Notes: generated from the sequence alone by a model not told the origin. 64,000 bases of DNA from an uncultured Chloroflexia bacterium (GCA_963746845.1 CAVVCZ010000004.1:256001-320000), one strand, 5' to 3'. Shown: positions 9,483 to 21,166, counted from the first letter of the stretch. Program-made: numbers and translations.

Positions 9483-9842
9483 TCAGGCCTCGGTCTGTGC
9501 CGGGGCCTCGGACTCCACCGCGTACTGCTCGAGACCGAACTGCGCCTCGAGGAACTCCATCGGACGCGCGCCGGCCACGCCGAGCGGCTGCTGTCCGGGG
9601 CGGAAGAAGGCGATCGTGGGGATGCTCATGATGTTGAACGCCTGTGAGATCCGCGGGTTGGCGTCCACGTCGACCTTGACGACGTCGACGGCGCCCTCGT
9701 ACTTCTCGGCGATCTTCTCCATCTCCGGCGCGACCATCTTGCACGGCCCGCACCAGGTGGCCCAGAAGTCGACGACGACCGGCTTGTCGTTCTTGAGCAC
9801 GAGCTGGTCGAACGTCTCGTCCGTTGCGTGCTGGATGGCCAT
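9483..9842 (-). CDS. trxA: Thioredoxin
   Basis: VDFWATWCGPCKM active site, SIPT cis-Pro motif. Confidence 0.96.
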   Translation of the reverse strand: MAIQHATDETFDQLVLKNDKPVVVDFWATWCGPCKMVAPEMEKIAEKYEGAVDVVKVDVDANPRISQAFNIMSIPTIAFFRPGQQPLGVAGARPMEFLEAQFGLEQYAVESEAPAQTEA

Positions 9843-9901
9843 GGAATGCGATTCCTTTCTGCCCGCGGATGCGCGCGGGTGCGCCTGTGATGGGCGGGGC
9901 G

Positions 9902-10213
9902 TCAGGCGCCCTGGCCGGCCAGGCTCTGGATGAGCCGGTAGGCCTCGAGGACGCGGACGTCGGCGAGGCGATAGAACACCGTCGACCCGTCACGCCGGCT
10001 CTGGACGAGACCCGCGCTGCGGAGGACGGCGAGGTGCTGGCTCATGTTGGGCACCTGGCAGCCGACCTTCGTCGACAGGTCACCGACCGACAGCTCCCCG
10101 GCGGCGAGCGACTCGAGGACGCACAGCCGCTTGGGGTCTGCGAGCGCACGGCCGACGGCGGCATAGCGCTGCCGGTCGAACTCGCTCGAGGTCGGGACGG
10201 TGGTGTCCAACAT
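9902..10213 (-). CDS. ArsR/SmtB family transcriptional regulator
   Basis: ALADPKRLCVL...SQHLAVLRSAGLVQSRRDG..VFYRL; alternative starts at 10219 and 10222. Confidence 0.9.
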   Translation of the reverse strand: MLDTTVPTSSEFDRQRYAAVGRALADPKRLCVLESLAAGELSVGDLSTKVGCQVPNMSQHLAVLRSAGLVQSRRDGSTVFYRLADVRVLEAYRLIQSLAGQGA

Positions 10214-10300
10214 CGCCATCATGATGTCACTGATTGCGCAAACACGCAAGTTCAACCGGACCTCGGAGGTGTGCGCAGGCGTCGCTGCCATACTCCGCGC

Positions 10301-11335
10301 GTGACCGATGACCTGATCGTTCCCCTCGACGCCATCCGCGCCGCCCGGGAGCGCGTCGCCGGGCGCGTCCACCGGACGCCTCTCCTGTCCAGCTCGACCG
10401 CCGCCCGGATGATCGCCGCTGCCGGTGGGCCGCGACTCGCCGACGACCGGGTGTTCGTCAAGGCCGAGAACGTCCAGAAGACCGGATCGTTCAAGGCCCG
10501 CGGCATGATGAACCGGATCCTGACCCTCACCGCGGATCAGCGTGCCGCCGGAGGGATCACGATGTCGGCCGGCAACGCCGGCCAGGCCTTCGCGTGGGCC
10601 GCGCACGAGGCCGGCGTCCCGATGACGACCGTGATGGCGACGACGGCGAACCCGCTCAAGGTCCAGGCGTGCCGGGACTACGGCGCGGAGGTGGTGCTCG
10701 AGGGCGATCACGTCGGCGACGCGTTCCTGGCGCTCGAGCGGATCCGCGACGAGCGGGGGCTCGCGTTCCTCCACCCGTTCAACGACGAGGCGGTCATCGC
10801 GGGACACGGCACGGTCGGGCTCGAGCTGCTCGACGACCTGCCGGACGTGGACGTGGTCGTCGTCGGGATCGGTGGCGGCGGGTTGATCTCCGGTGTTGCC
10901 GCGGCCGTCCGCGAGACCCGCCCGGCGACCCGCGTCTACGGCGTGGAGCCGTCGGGCGCCGACGCCATGACGCAGGCCTACCGCGCGGGAGAGGTCGTGC
11001 AGATCGAGCCCCACACGGTCGCCGACGGGCTCGCGGCGCCGTTCGCCGGCGATCGAACGCTCGCGATGTGCCATCGGTATCTCGAGGACATCGTCATCCT
11101 CGACGACGCGGACATCCTGACCGGCGTCCGGTTCGCGATGGAGCGGATGAAGCAGGTGCTGGAGCCCGCCGGCGCCGCGGCGTTGTCGGCCGTCCTCCAT
11201 GGGCGGATCCCGATCCGCGACGGCGAGCGGGTCGCGGTCGTCGGGTCCGGGGGCAACGTCGACGTCGGCCGGCTGGGCGAGCTGCTCGCCGCGGCCTCGC
11301 CGCTGCCGGTCGCCTGGCCCGCCCGCGTGGGATGA
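10301..11335 (+). CDS. PLP-dependent threonine/serine dehydratase (no ACT domain)
   Basis: KAENVQKTGSFKARG, SAGN, IGGGGLISG, EPAGAAAL, SGGNVD. Confidence 0.92.
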   Translation: MTDDLIVPLDAIRAARERVAGRVHRTPLLSSSTAARMIAAAGGPRLADDRVFVKAENVQKTGSFKARGMMNRILTLTADQRAAGGITMSAGNAGQAFAWAAHEAGVPMTTVMATTANPLKVQACRDYGAEVVLEGDHVGDAFLALERIRDERGLAFLHPFNDEAVIAGHGTVGLELLDDLPDVDVVVVGIGGGGLISGVAAAVRETRPATRVYGVEPSGADAMTQAYRAGEVVQIEPHTVADGLAAPFAGDRTLAMCHRYLEDIVILDDADILTGVRFAMERMKQVLEPAGAAALSAVLHGRIPIRDGERVAVVGSGGNVDVGRLGELLAAASPLPVAWPARVG

Positions 11336-11447
11336 CGGAGGCGAACAAGCCGCCACCCCTCTGGTTCCGGTGTGGGAGCCACCCGCCGCGCCCGAGCCGG
11401 CCGCGTTCGTGCCCCTGGCGCCGCCCCCACCGACGTCGCCTCCCGGC

Positions 11448-12458
11448 ATGGTCGAGATCATCGGCCGGGGGATCGACCTCAACGTGTCGCTTTCCGGTGA
11501 GATCCGCCGGATGTCGCTGTTCGTCGGCGGGCTGTTCCTGGCCGCGCTCGGTCCGATCGCGGCGATCGTCATCGTCCAATCGATCCAGCTCGGCGGGTTT
11601 GCGTGGCTGATCGACGCGCTCGTCGGGCCGGCCGGGCTCGGAGATGCCGCCCTCGGTGTGACCGGGCGGGCGGCCCTCGGGCCGTGGGCCGCGATCGCGT
11701 TCTTCGTCGGCCTCACGTGCATCGTCGCGATCTCGGTCGACATCCAGCTGATGACCACCGCGCTCCTCGGCGGCCGGGTCGGTGGCCACACGCTCGACCT
11801 CCGCCATGCCGTCGGCTGGGCGCGCCAGGGGTTCTGGCGGTTGATCTTCGCCTCGTTCACGGTCGGGCTGATCCTGATCATCCCGCGCGAGATCCTCGGA
11901 AGTCTGCTGATCCGTGGGGCACCGGAGGCGCGGCTCGCCCTCGCGACCGCGCTGGACGTCCTCCTGTCGGCGCCGTTCGCCTACGTTGGGGCGGCCGTCA
12001 TCCTGGCGCGGGCGTCCCCGTTCGGGGCGGTCGGGCAGTCGTGGGCGATGGCCCGGCGTCGATGGCGCCTCGCGTTCGTGATCGGGATCGTGAACACGGC
12101 GGTCTCGTACCTGACCACCTTCGCGATCGGGGTCGGGCTCGACATCCTCGTCCGGATCGCGACCGCGCTCGGGATCGATCGGGGGCTGGGCCCGGCCCAG
12201 TCCGTCGAGCTCGTCGCCATCGTCGCCTTCGCGATCGTCGCGGTCGGCTCGCTCACCGTGACGGTCGCCGCGCTGTCGGTTGCCCCGCAGGTGATCGCCT
12301 GGATCCGGCTCGGCGGGCCGTCGTTCGGCGTCGTGGATCCCACGTCGGACGACCCGTCCCTGCGTCCGGCCGCGACTCGGCTGGTCTCCCTCCCGATGCA
12401 GGGCGCCTTCATGGCCGCGGCGATCGCGGCCGTCGTCTGGATCGTCGGTCGCGTCTGA
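11448..12458 (+). CDS. Multi-pass membrane protein (start uncertain; may begin at ATG 11332 with a frameshift)
   Basis: Multiple hydrophobic segments; the ATG overlapping the upstream stop is out of frame. Confidence 0.7.
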   Translation: MVEIIGRGIDLNVSLSGEIRRMSLFVGGLFLAALGPIAAIVIVQSIQLGGFAWLIDALVGPAGLGDAALGVTGRAALGPWAAIAFFVGLTCIVAISVDIQLMTTALLGGRVGGHTLDLRHAVGWARQGFWRLIFASFTVGLILIIPREILGSLLIRGAPEARLALATALDVLLSAPFAYVGAAVILARASPFGAVGQSWAMARRRWRLAFVIGIVNTAVSYLTTFAIGVGLDILVRIATALGIDRGLGPAQSVELVAIVAFAIVAVGSLTVTVAALSVAPQVIAWIRLGGPSFGVVDPTSDDPSLRPAATRLVSLPMQGAFMAAAIAAVVWIVGRV

Positions 12459-12469
12459 CTCAGGCGCCC

Positions 12470-12880
12470 TCAGACGCCGAGCTCGTCGAGCCGGTCGTCG
12501 TCGATGCCGAGGTGGTGGGCGAGCTCGTGGATCACCGTGATCCGGACCTCCTCGGCGAGGTCCTCCGGGTCGGGGAAGTCCTCCTCGAGCGCGAGCCGGA
12601 AGAGCGTGATCCGGTTGGGCGCGGTCACCCAGTCGGCGCCCCACTCGGTCCGCGGCACGCCCTCGTACAGCCCGTACAGGTCGTCGTCCGGTCCCAGGTC
12701 GTTCTCGCGCCGCTGGGCCGGGCTCGGCTCGTCGTCGATGACGATCGCGACCTCGTCGAGGGCGTCGCGGAATGGCGCCGGGATGTCCGCGACGGCCCGT
12801 TCCACCAGCCGTTCGAAGCCGACATGGTGGCCGTGGACGGGACGGCGGGCTCGCTGGCTCCCGCGGCGGGGCTTCGGCAT
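12470..12880 (-). CDS. Zincin-like metallopeptidase (Zincin_1/DUF1025-type)
   Basis: LYGLYEGVP, PNRITLFR, VIHELAHHLG (HExxH). Confidence 0.9.
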   Translation of the reverse strand: MPKPRRGSQRARRPVHGHHVGFERLVERAVADIPAPFRDALDEVAIVIDDEPSPAQRRENDLGPDDDLYGLYEGVPRTEWGADWVTAPNRITLFRLALEEDFPDPEDLAEEVRITVIHELAHHLGIDDDRLDELGV

Positions 12881-12899
12881 GGCGGCCTATCGTAGACGC

Positions 12900-13763
12900 G
12901 TGCCGTCCCTCTCCGAGCCCGCCGGTGAGCCGGACGGGTTCGTCGTCTTCGTCGAGCCGGGAGACCGGATCCACTTCCTCGACTGGGGTGGGGAAGGTGC
13001 GCCGGCGGTCCTCCTCGTCCATGGGCTCGCGGGGAGTGGACTCGCCTGGGCGGCCGTGGCCCGGCGGCTGGTCGCGCGCCGGCACGTGGTCGCGATGGAC
13101 CTGCGCGGCCACGGCCTCTCTGACGCACCGACGGAGCCCGGCGCGTACGACCTCGACGTCCTCGCGGCCGACGTCGTCGCGGTCGCGGAGGGCTCGGACG
13201 CGCTCGACGAGGGGCCCGTCGTGCTGGCCGGTCACGGGTTCGGCGCGATCGTCGCGGCGGCCGCCGCCGCGCGTCTCGGTGAACGTTGCGCGAGGCTCGT
13301 GCTCGTCGACGGCGGTCTCGTCGAGGTCGAGGCGGCGACCGGGCAGGACGCGGACGAGTTCCTCCGCGGGCTCGACGAACCGCCCGAGGTCCTCCGGTCG
13401 ATGACCGCGTTTCTCGCCGACCGCCGCTCCTGGGACCCGGCGTCGTGGGACGCGGACCAGGAGCGAGCGGCGCGGGCGGCGGTCGTGGAGACGCCGGCCG
13501 GCCGGCTCGTGCCGTCCACGCGGCCGCATGCCCTCGAGGCCTGTGTCCGGGCGATGTTCGAGTACCGTCCGTCGACGGTGCTTCCGCTCGTCTCCGCTCC
13601 GATCGTCGCGGTCCGCCGCACGACCGCGGGCGAGGACGACACCGCGACCGGGATCGGCGATCGGGTGCCGCCGGAGGTCGTGGTCGTCGACGTCGCGGCG
13701 CCCGGCCACAACCTGCTCCGCTACCGCCCCGACGAAGTGACGGCGGCGATCCTCGGCCGCTAG
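12900..13763 (+). CDS. Alpha/beta hydrolase fold protein lacking the canonical nucleophile Ser
   Basis: LLVHGLAG, DLRGHGLSD, elbow reads GHGFG, C-terminal GHNLL. Confidence 0.85.
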   Translation: MPSLSEPAGEPDGFVVFVEPGDRIHFLDWGGEGAPAVLLVHGLAGSGLAWAAVARRLVARRHVVAMDLRGHGLSDAPTEPGAYDLDVLAADVVAVAEGSDALDEGPVVLAGHGFGAIVAAAAAARLGERCARLVLVDGGLVEVEAATGQDADEFLRGLDEPPEVLRSMTAFLADRRSWDPASWDADQERAARAAVVETPAGRLVPSTRPHALEACVRAMFEYRPSTVLPLVSAPIVAVRRTTAGEDDTATGIGDRVPPEVVVVDVAAPGHNLLRYRPDEVTAAILGR

Positions 13764-13807
13764 GCTTCGGGCGGGCCGTCCGGCCCGGTGGAGGAGGGTC
13801 GGCCCGC

Positions 13808-14921
<1,114 letters not shown>

Positions 14922-15007
14922 TCGCGGCTTGACCGCGGCCGCACCTGGCCTCGAGTCGCCGGACCATCGGAGAACCGCGATCGGCCGCTCCGCGTACCAT
15001 CGCCCGG

Positions 15008-15721
15008 ATGCCCAAGCCCACCGAGCTCCCGCCCCACGTCCGCCGCCTCGTCGACGAGATCGAATCCGAGATCGGCGAGACGGAAGTTGCGGTCGACGAG
15101 ATCAGCGGCGACGCCGGTCGTCCGTCCGGGAACGGCAGCGACGGCGTGCACGACAACGGCCGAGTCGAGGAGGCTGTCCGCCAGATCCTCGCGGAGATCG
15201 GCGAGGACCCGACCCGCCAGGGGCTGCTCGGGACGCCCGAGCGGGTCCACCGGATGTACATCGAGCTGACGGCCGGCTACCACGTCGATCCGGATCGCCT
15301 GATCAACAACGCGGTCTTCGACGTGGCCTACAGCGAGATGGTCGTCGTCAAGGACATCCCGTTCTACTCGCTCTGCGAGCACCACCTGCTGCCGTTCTTC
15401 GGGACGGCGTCCGTCGCGTACATCCCGCGCGGCCGGGTGATCGGGCTGTCGAAGATCCCGCGGATCGTCGAGATGTACGCCCGCCGGCTGCAGGTCCAGG
15501 AGCGCCTCACCCAACAGATCGCCGACTTCCTCCAGGAGCGACTGAGCCCGCAGGGCGTCGGGGTCGTCTTGGAGGCGACCCACCTCTGCGCGGTGATGCG
15601 GGGCGTGCGCAAGCCGGGCACGGTCATGACCACGTCCGCGGTCCTCGGGCTGTTCCGGACCCGCGACCGCACCCGTGCCGAGTTCTTCGCGCACCTCGAC
15701 CGGCCTGCGCCGGGGGCCTAG
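15008..15721 (+). CDS. folE: GTP cyclohydrolase I
   Basis: [36 protein letters not shown]. Confidence 0.97.
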   Translation: MPKPTELPPHVRRLVDEIESEIGETEVAVDEISGDAGRPSGNGSDGVHDNGRVEEAVRQILAEIGEDPTRQGLLGTPERVHRMYIELTAGYHVDPDRLINNAVFDVAYSEMVVVKDIPFYSLCEHHLLPFFGTASVAYIPRGRVIGLSKIPRIVEMYARRLQVQERLTQQIADFLQERLSPQGVGVVLEATHLCAVMRGVRKPGTVMTTSAVLGLFRTRDRTRAEFFAHLDRPAPGA

Positions 15722-17073
15722 GGCGGCCTGGAACCCGGCTGCCAGAAGAATGTTCGACCGGGATCGCCTGGAGCGCCATACGTCGAGACCCTGCTCGGCA
15801 GCGAGTCGGCCAGATCCGCGAGCAACCGAGGCTCGGCTGGGGTGGCACCGAGCGTCGCGAGCCAGAATCGGCCCGGGTTCGTCGGGTCCCCGACGCGAAG
15901 ATGGGTGTCGTCAATCCATTCGGCGCAGCACAGCTGGCGATCGGCTGTGTTCGATCCCGTCGTGACGCGCTCGACATGTCCCGAGGCGATGTCGGCAACG
16001 TAGACGGCCGAATCCGACACCGTCACCGACGGCCACCTCAATGAGGTGAACGAGACACGGGTGCCGTCGGGCGACCAGCGAGGCTCCATCACCGAGACAT
16101 CGGCGTCCAACTCGACCTTCGAGGGATTCGTGCCGTCGGCGTTGACGATCCACAGCTCGCGGATGTCGAGGCCCTGATCCAGACGGGTATAGGCGATCTT
16201 CGTGCCATCGGGCGACCACGCCGGCAGCTCCAGCGCCAGGTTCTGATGAGCGGTTTGGTCCTTGACGAGCGTCTCGCGCAGTTCCGTCCGCTTTCCGCTG
16301 CGCAGGTCCAGGGTGCTCAGGACCCAGCAGTTGGCTCCAGCCGTATCGGCCACATAGGCCGCCAGGACCACGCCGGACGATCCAGAACCGGTGGCGGACG
16401 ATCCCTTCGGGCACTTCGACCTCTGGACGAAGACCACTCGCTCATTGTCCCGAGCGAAGTCGAACGCCTCCCACTGCGCGCCGTCGGCCACGGCGATCCC
16501 GGTTTCGGCGAAGGGACCGACGTCGTCGCCGACCTCGGCCACGAGAAGGTGGCCGTTGTTCATCAGCAGACGGGTCCCGTCGGGGGACCAGGCGACGGGG
16601 CCGGCGCCGCCTTCGATCGCATGGGCGCCACTCCCGTCCGGCCGGATCGCCCACAGCTGGTTGTGCGATCGGGTGCCCGATCCTTCGTGGACATCGAAAA
16701 GAATCCACCCAGCGTCTCGGCCGGAGGCGATCACCGAAGGCTCCGGCGTATTCGAGGCGACAGGCGTCGACGGAGCCGGCGACGGCGCCAACGACGCCGA
16801 TTCGCTGGGGGCCGGCACGATCGCGGGCAGCCTCACCAGGCCGGACCCGACGGCCGCGGCGCCCGCGACCAGCGCCACGAGGCATGCGGCCGCGGCCAGG
16901 TAGACGAGAACCGACCGGGCGCCCGAGCGACGTGGTCGCACTGACACGGGAGTGACGACTCCGCTCACGCGGGCGACGGGTTCCATGGCCGTGGCCCGCT
17001 GCTCGATCTGGGCCCACAGATCCGGTGCCGGCAACCGGTCCAGACTTGCGAAGCGCCGTCGAAGTTCATCCAT
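15718..17073 (-). CDS. Membrane-anchored TolB/PD40-like beta-propeller protein, probable anti-sigma factor
   Basis: Short cytoplasmic N-terminus, one TM, Pro/Ser linker, repeated WSPDGT motifs; overlaps the sigma factor gene end. Confidence 0.8.
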   Translation of the reverse strand: MDELRRRFASLDRLPAPDLWAQIEQRATAMEPVARVSGVVTPVSVRPRRSGARSVLVYLAAAACLVALVAGAAAVGSGLVRLPAIVPAPSESASLAPSPAPSTPVASNTPEPSVIASGRDAGWILFDVHEGSGTRSHNQLWAIRPDGSGAHAIEGGAGPVAWSPDGTRLLMNNGHLLVAEVGDDVGPFAETGIAVADGAQWEAFDFARDNERVVFVQRSKCPKGSSATGSGSSGVVLAAYVADTAGANCWVLSTLDLRSGKRTELRETLVKDQTAHQNLALELPAWSPDGTKIAYTRLDQGLDIRELWIVNADGTNPSKVELDADVSVMEPRWSPDGTRVSFTSLRWPSVTVSDSAVYVADIASGHVERVTTGSNTADRQLCCAEWIDDTHLRVGDPTNPGRFWLATLGATPAEPRLLADLADSLPSRVSTYGAPGDPGRTFFWQPGSRPP

Positions 17074-17551
17074 CGCGATCACCCAGGAGCTCTCGGAGGC
17101 GACGCCGCCCGCGGCTGAGGTTGGCTCGCACCGCCAGGCTGTTGGTGCCCAGCCGCGCGGCGATCTGGCGGATCGGAAGATCCGCGAAGTAGAAGAGGAT
17201 CACCGCCGCCCGCTGGCCATCGGGCAGCCGGCGGACCGCGGTCAACAGGTCCTCGTCGACGTAGGCATCCGTGTGCTCGGCCACGCCCACCGATGCGTCG
17301 TCGTCGAGCCGGCGCGTCTTCAGGGCTCCACGGCTGATCTGGAATGCGGTGCGCCACACCCAGGCCGCCGGGTTGCCAACGGCTGCGCCGCGGCGCAGGA
17401 GCTGCGCGTAGGCCTCGGCGACGGCGTCGCTCGCGATCTCCGCGTCACCGGCGAAGGCGTAGACGGCACGCCAGAGCCGATCGGCATCGGTCCGGTAGAG
17501 GGCCTCGATGTCGCTCTGCGCGTCGACCACTGCGAGTGCGCTATCCATCAC
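17066..17551 (-). CDS. ECF RNA polymerase sigma factor
   Basis: Region 2 (ASDAVAEAY..PAAWVWRTA) and region 4 (LPDGQRAAVIL..IAARLG..VRANLSRGRRRL). Confidence 0.9.
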   Translation of the reverse strand: MMDSALAVVDAQSDIEALYRTDADRLWRAVYAFAGDAEIASDAVAEAYAQLLRRGAAVGNPAAWVWRTAFQISRGALKTRRLDDDASVGVAEHTDAYVDEDLLTAVRRLPDGQRAAVILFYFADLPIRQIAARLGTNSLAVRANLSRGRRRLRELLGDRDG

Positions 17552-17671
17552 ATCGAAAGGGCGCGGTTGCGGTCAAAAGGTGACATGGCGGGCGCCACGC
17601 CGCGTCTGGCAGGGCAGCCGACCGATCCAATCTGGTCGACTCGCTCGTGATCGAAGCGGGCGGATGCGCTC

Positions 17672-18760
17672 TCAGCCCGGGCGGGACACGATGTCGATCG
17701 AGTGCACGCCGCCGACGACCGACAGGTGGATCCGATCGCGGTCCGGCCCCCAGCCCGTTGACTTGAGCGACGTCGGGCCGCCGCGCTTCTCGATCCGCGT
17801 CCCGTCGAGCACGATCGACTCGGCGCCGCCGGCGACCTCGAGCCGCATCGGGACGCCTTTCGGCCGCTCAACCCGCAGCGTCTTCACGCCGCCGACGATC
17901 CTGATCGCCGTCTCGCCCACCGGCTGCCCGAGCTCGAGCTGGACCCGCTCGGACCCCCCGACGATGTCGAGCGTCCGCAACTGGATCGACCGCAGGTCCG
18001 CCTCGACCTTCTGGACCCCACCGACGACCTCGATCGTCCACGGGATCGTCGTGTTCAGCCCGAACGTCGCGGTGCGACCGCGCCAGTCGAAGCCGAAGCC
18101 CTTGAACTGGACCAGGACCCGGCCGTCGCGGAGCCGGACCTGCGGCGTGGAGCCTTCGAACGAGGCCCGGTAGAGGTCGGCCGGATCGTCGCCCGGCCGG
18201 AGACGGAGCGACGAGAGGCCCGAGCGGATCGCAAGCCGCGCCTCGGTCAGCCCGCCGAGGGGCGCGAAGTGCTCCGACATCGCCCGGCTCCCGTCGGCCG
18301 GCGACCCGGATGCCTCGCGGATGGCCTCGGTCTCCTCGCGCGTGACCGCCTCCATGCGGGTGAGGAAGTCGGCGATCAGCTCGAGCTGCTCGTCGCTGTA
18401 GTCGCGGATCTCCTTGGCACTCGCGGTCGAGACCTGGTCCAGCGTGACCTGGATGTTCGCGATCTTCTCGGGCACGACCTCGACGATCACCCGCCGCCGA
18501 TCGGTGGGGTCGGGGACCCGCCGGACATAGCCGGCCTGTTCGAGCCGGTCGATCACGCGGGTGACGGCGCCCGTCGTGAGCCCGGTGATCTCCGACAGCT
18601 TGCCGGCGCTCGTCGCGCCCATGTCGATCAGCTGCTCGAGGGTCTCGATGTCGCTCTCGGAGAGGCCGAAGCGGATCGCCACGGTCTGTCCGAGGAACGA
18701 GCCCTGGATGTTCACGCGCCGGAGCGAGCGGAGGACGGAATCGATGTTCTCGCGGTTCAT
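17672..18760 (-). CDS. MarR family regulator fused to a C-terminal beta-rich domain
   Basis: GLTTGAVTRVIDRLEQAGYVRRVPDPTDRRR wHTH, followed by ~200 aa of repetitive V/I-x-GG beta strands. Confidence 0.88.
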   Translation of the reverse strand: MNRENIDSVLRSLRRVNIQGSFLGQTVAIRFGLSESDIETLEQLIDMGATSAGKLSEITGLTTGAVTRVIDRLEQAGYVRRVPDPTDRRRVIVEVVPEKIANIQVTLDQVSTASAKEIRDYSDEQLELIADFLTRMEAVTREETEAIREASGSPADGSRAMSEHFAPLGGLTEARLAIRSGLSSLRLRPGDDPADLYRASFEGSTPQVRLRDGRVLVQFKGFGFDWRGRTATFGLNTTIPWTIEVVGGVQKVEADLRSIQLRTLDIVGGSERVQLELGQPVGETAIRIVGGVKTLRVERPKGVPMRLEVAGGAESIVLDGTRIEKRGGPTSLKSTGWGPDRDRIHLSVVGGVHSIDIVSRPG

Positions 18761-18788
18761 GGTTGACAACGGCTCCTGACTGGGCAAC

Positions 18789-18807
18789 TATCTGCACTGC
18801 GCAGATA
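18789..18807. promoter_or_regulatory. Palindromic operator, probable MarR site between divergent marR and ABC genes
   Basis: TATCTGC-ACTGC-GCAGATA, an AT-rich perfect 7-5-7 inverted repeat. Confidence 0.65.
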
Positions 18808-18878
18808 ATGACCCATGATGTTGAACCGTGCAAGTAGTGCCGCGGCCAGCATCGGGCACCAAGGCAAGGAGCGTCAAC

Positions 18879-19865
18879 ATGACGACACCCACCCCGATCC
18901 GCAGCACGATGATCGACACGACCGATCTGCGGCGGACGTTCAAGACCCGGACCGGACCGGTCGAGGCCGTCGCGGGCGTCGACCTCCACGTGGGCGGCGG
19001 CGAGATCTTCGGCTTCCTCGGCCCGAACGGCGCCGGCAAGACGACAACCCTCCGGATGCTGGCGACGCTGATCACGCCGACCGCCGGCGAGGCGACCGTC
19101 GCCGGTGCCGACCTCCGGCGGCAGCCGCAGCTGGTCCGACAGCGGATCGGCTACGTGCCGCAGGGCGGCTCGACCGACCCGGCCGAGACCGGCCGCGGCG
19201 AGCTCGTCCTCCAGGGGCGGCTCTACGGCCTGACGGGCGCCGAGGCGAAGGCCCGTGCGGTCCAGGTCCTCGACGCCCTCGACCTGCAGAGTGCCGCCGA
19301 TCGCCCGACCGGCACGTACTCCGGCGGGATGCGCCGCCGCCTGGACGTCGGGCTGGGCATCGTCCACCGACCGCAGGTGCTGTTCCTGGACGAGCCGACC
19401 ACCGGGCTCGACCCGCAGGCTCGCGCCCGGATGTGGGACGAGATCCGCGCTCTCCGCGAGCTCGGGACGACGGTCTTCCTCACGACCCACTACCTCGAGG
19501 AGGCCGACGCCCTGTGCGATCGCCTCGCGATCATCGACCACGGCCGGATCGTCGCCGAGGGCACGTCCGACCAGCTCAAGCAGAAGGTCGCCGGCGACGT
19601 CGTCACGATCGGCGTCAACGGCGCCGGAGCGTCGGTCCTGACGCTCGTCGAGGCGATGTCGTTCGTCCGCGAGGCCTCCCACGACGACGAGACGGGTCTC
19701 GTGCGGCTGTACGTCGACCATGGCGAGACCGCCGTCCCGCAGCTGCTCCGGAGCCTCGACGCCGCGGGCTTCGCCCCGACCTCGATCTCACTCAACAAGC
19801 CGAGCCTCGACGACGTCTTCCTCCGCCAGACGGGTCGCTCGCTGCGCGAGGAGGAGGCGGCATGA
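18879..19865 (+). CDS. DrrA-type ABC transporter ATP-binding protein
   Basis: GPNGAGKTT, YSGGMRRRL, LFLDEPTTGLD; AAGGAG RBS. Confidence 0.95.
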   Translation: MTTPTPIRSTMIDTTDLRRTFKTRTGPVEAVAGVDLHVGGGEIFGFLGPNGAGKTTTLRMLATLITPTAGEATVAGADLRRQPQLVRQRIGYVPQGGSTDPAETGRGELVLQGRLYGLTGAEAKARAVQVLDALDLQSAADRPTGTYSGGMRRRLDVGLGIVHRPQVLFLDEPTTGLDPQARARMWDEIRALRELGTTVFLTTHYLEEADALCDRLAIIDHGRIVAEGTSDQLKQKVAGDVVTIGVNGAGASVLTLVEAMSFVREASHDDETGLVRLYVDHGETAVPQLLRSLDAAGFAPTSISLNKPSLDDVFLRQTGRSLREEEAA

Positions 19866-19922
19866 CCGCGAACACCGCCGCCCAGAGTCGTCTTCACCTC
19901 CAGCATCGAAAGGACCCCACGC

Positions 19923-20681
19923 ATGCGCGCCGTTCGCGACACCTGGCTGATCTTCCGCCGATCCCTCATCCTCACCATCCGCCAGCCCACCTGGATCGTC
20001 ATCGGGATCATGTATCCCGTCATCTACCTCGTGTTGTTCGGGCCGCTCCTCGATGGCGCGATCAAGGGGGCCGGGGCCGGCGTCAGCGCCTACAACTGGT
20101 TCGTGCCGGGCCTCCTGATCCAGGTCGCCCTGTTCGGAACGGCGTTCGGTGGCTTCGGCCTGATCGCCGAGCTGCGGTACGGCGTCGTCGAGCGGATGCG
20201 GGTGACGCCGATGAGCCGGTCCGCGATGCTCCTGGGCCGGTCGCTCCGGGACGTCGTCATCCTGCTCTTCCAGGCGCTGATCATGATCGGGCTGGCGATC
20301 CCGTTCGGCCTCCACATCGACGTCGCCGGCGTGGCCGTGACGCTCGCGCTGCTCGCCCTGATCGGGCTGGTCGTCGCGCCGCTGTCGTACGCCGCCGCGC
20401 TGATCCTGAAGAGCGAGGACGCGTTCGCGCCGCTCGTCCAGAGCCTCGTGATGCCGCTGCTCCTCCTGTCCGGGATCCTGCTCCCGATGGCGCTCGCTCC
20501 GGACTGGCTCCGGTTCCTGAGCAACCTCAACCCGTTGACGCATGCGACGGACGCCGCCCGGGCGCTGTTCAACAGCGACTGGGGCAACCCGGAGATCCGG
20601 ATCGGTGTCGCGATCACGGCGGCCCTCGCCGCGTTCGCCGTCTGGATCGCGTCGCGGACCTTCGGTCGGGCCAACGCCTGA
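19923..20681 (+). CDS. ABC-2 (DrrB-type) permease
   Basis: Multiple TMs, [14 protein letters not shown]. Confidence 0.92.
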   Translation: MRAVRDTWLIFRRSLILTIRQPTWIVIGIMYPVIYLVLFGPLLDGAIKGAGAGVSAYNWFVPGLLIQVALFGTAFGGFGLIAELRYGVVERMRVTPMSRSAMLLGRSLRDVVILLFQALIMIGLAIPFGLHIDVAGVAVTLALLALIGLVVAPLSYAAALILKSEDAFAPLVQSLVMPLLLLSGILLPMALAPDWLRFLSNLNPLTHATDAARALFNSDWGNPEIRIGVAITAALAAFAVWIASRTFGRANA

Positions 20682-20703
20682 TCCGTTCCTTCCCTCTTCC
20701 TCG

Positions 20704-20735
20704 ACGACGCCGGCGCCTGCGGGCGCCGGCGTCGT
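20704..20735. terminator. GC-rich hairpin after the ABC operon
   Basis: ACGACGCCGGCGCC-TGCG-GGCGCCGGCGTCGT, perfect 14-bp stem. Confidence 0.55.
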
Positions 20736-20760
20736 GCTGTCCGCATGGCACAATCGGCGC

Positions 20761-21165
20761 ATGTCCGACCGCCCGATCAAGGTCCTGATCGCCAAGCCCG
20801 GTCTCGACGGCCATGACCGCGGCGCGAAGGTCCTCGCCCGTGGTCTTCGCGACGAGGGCTTCGAGGTCGTCTACACGGGCCTCCGCCAGACGCCCGAGAT
20901 GATCGCGACCGCGGCCCTCCAGGAGGACGTCGACGTCGTCGGGCTGTCGATCCTGTCCGGCGCGCACATGACGCTCCTCCCGCGGATCACGAAGCTCCTG
21001 AAGGAGCGCGGCCTCGACGACGTCCTGGTGACCGCCGGCGGGATCATCCCCGACGACGACGTGCCCGCCCTGGCGGAGATCGGGGTCGCCCGGGTCTTCG
21101 GGCCGGGGACGACGATCGCCGAGGTCGCCGACTACCTGCGGGCGAACGCGCGTCCGCGCGACTAG
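20761..21165 (+). CDS. Acyl-CoA mutase small (cobalamin-binding) subunit
   Basis: [12 protein letters not shown] (DxHxxG), [14 protein letters not shown]. Confidence 0.95.
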   Translation: MSDRPIKVLIAKPGLDGHDRGAKVLARGLRDEGFEVVYTGLRQTPEMIATAALQEDVDVVGLSILSGAHMTLLPRITKLLKERGLDDVLVTAGGIIPDDDVPALAEIGVARVFGPGTTIAEVADYLRANARPRD

Positions 21166-21166
21166 G

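Noticed and set aside
10234-10249. TTGCG-N6-CGCAA as an ArsR operator
   Set aside because: Plausible position, but only 5-bp arms and no second copy to support it
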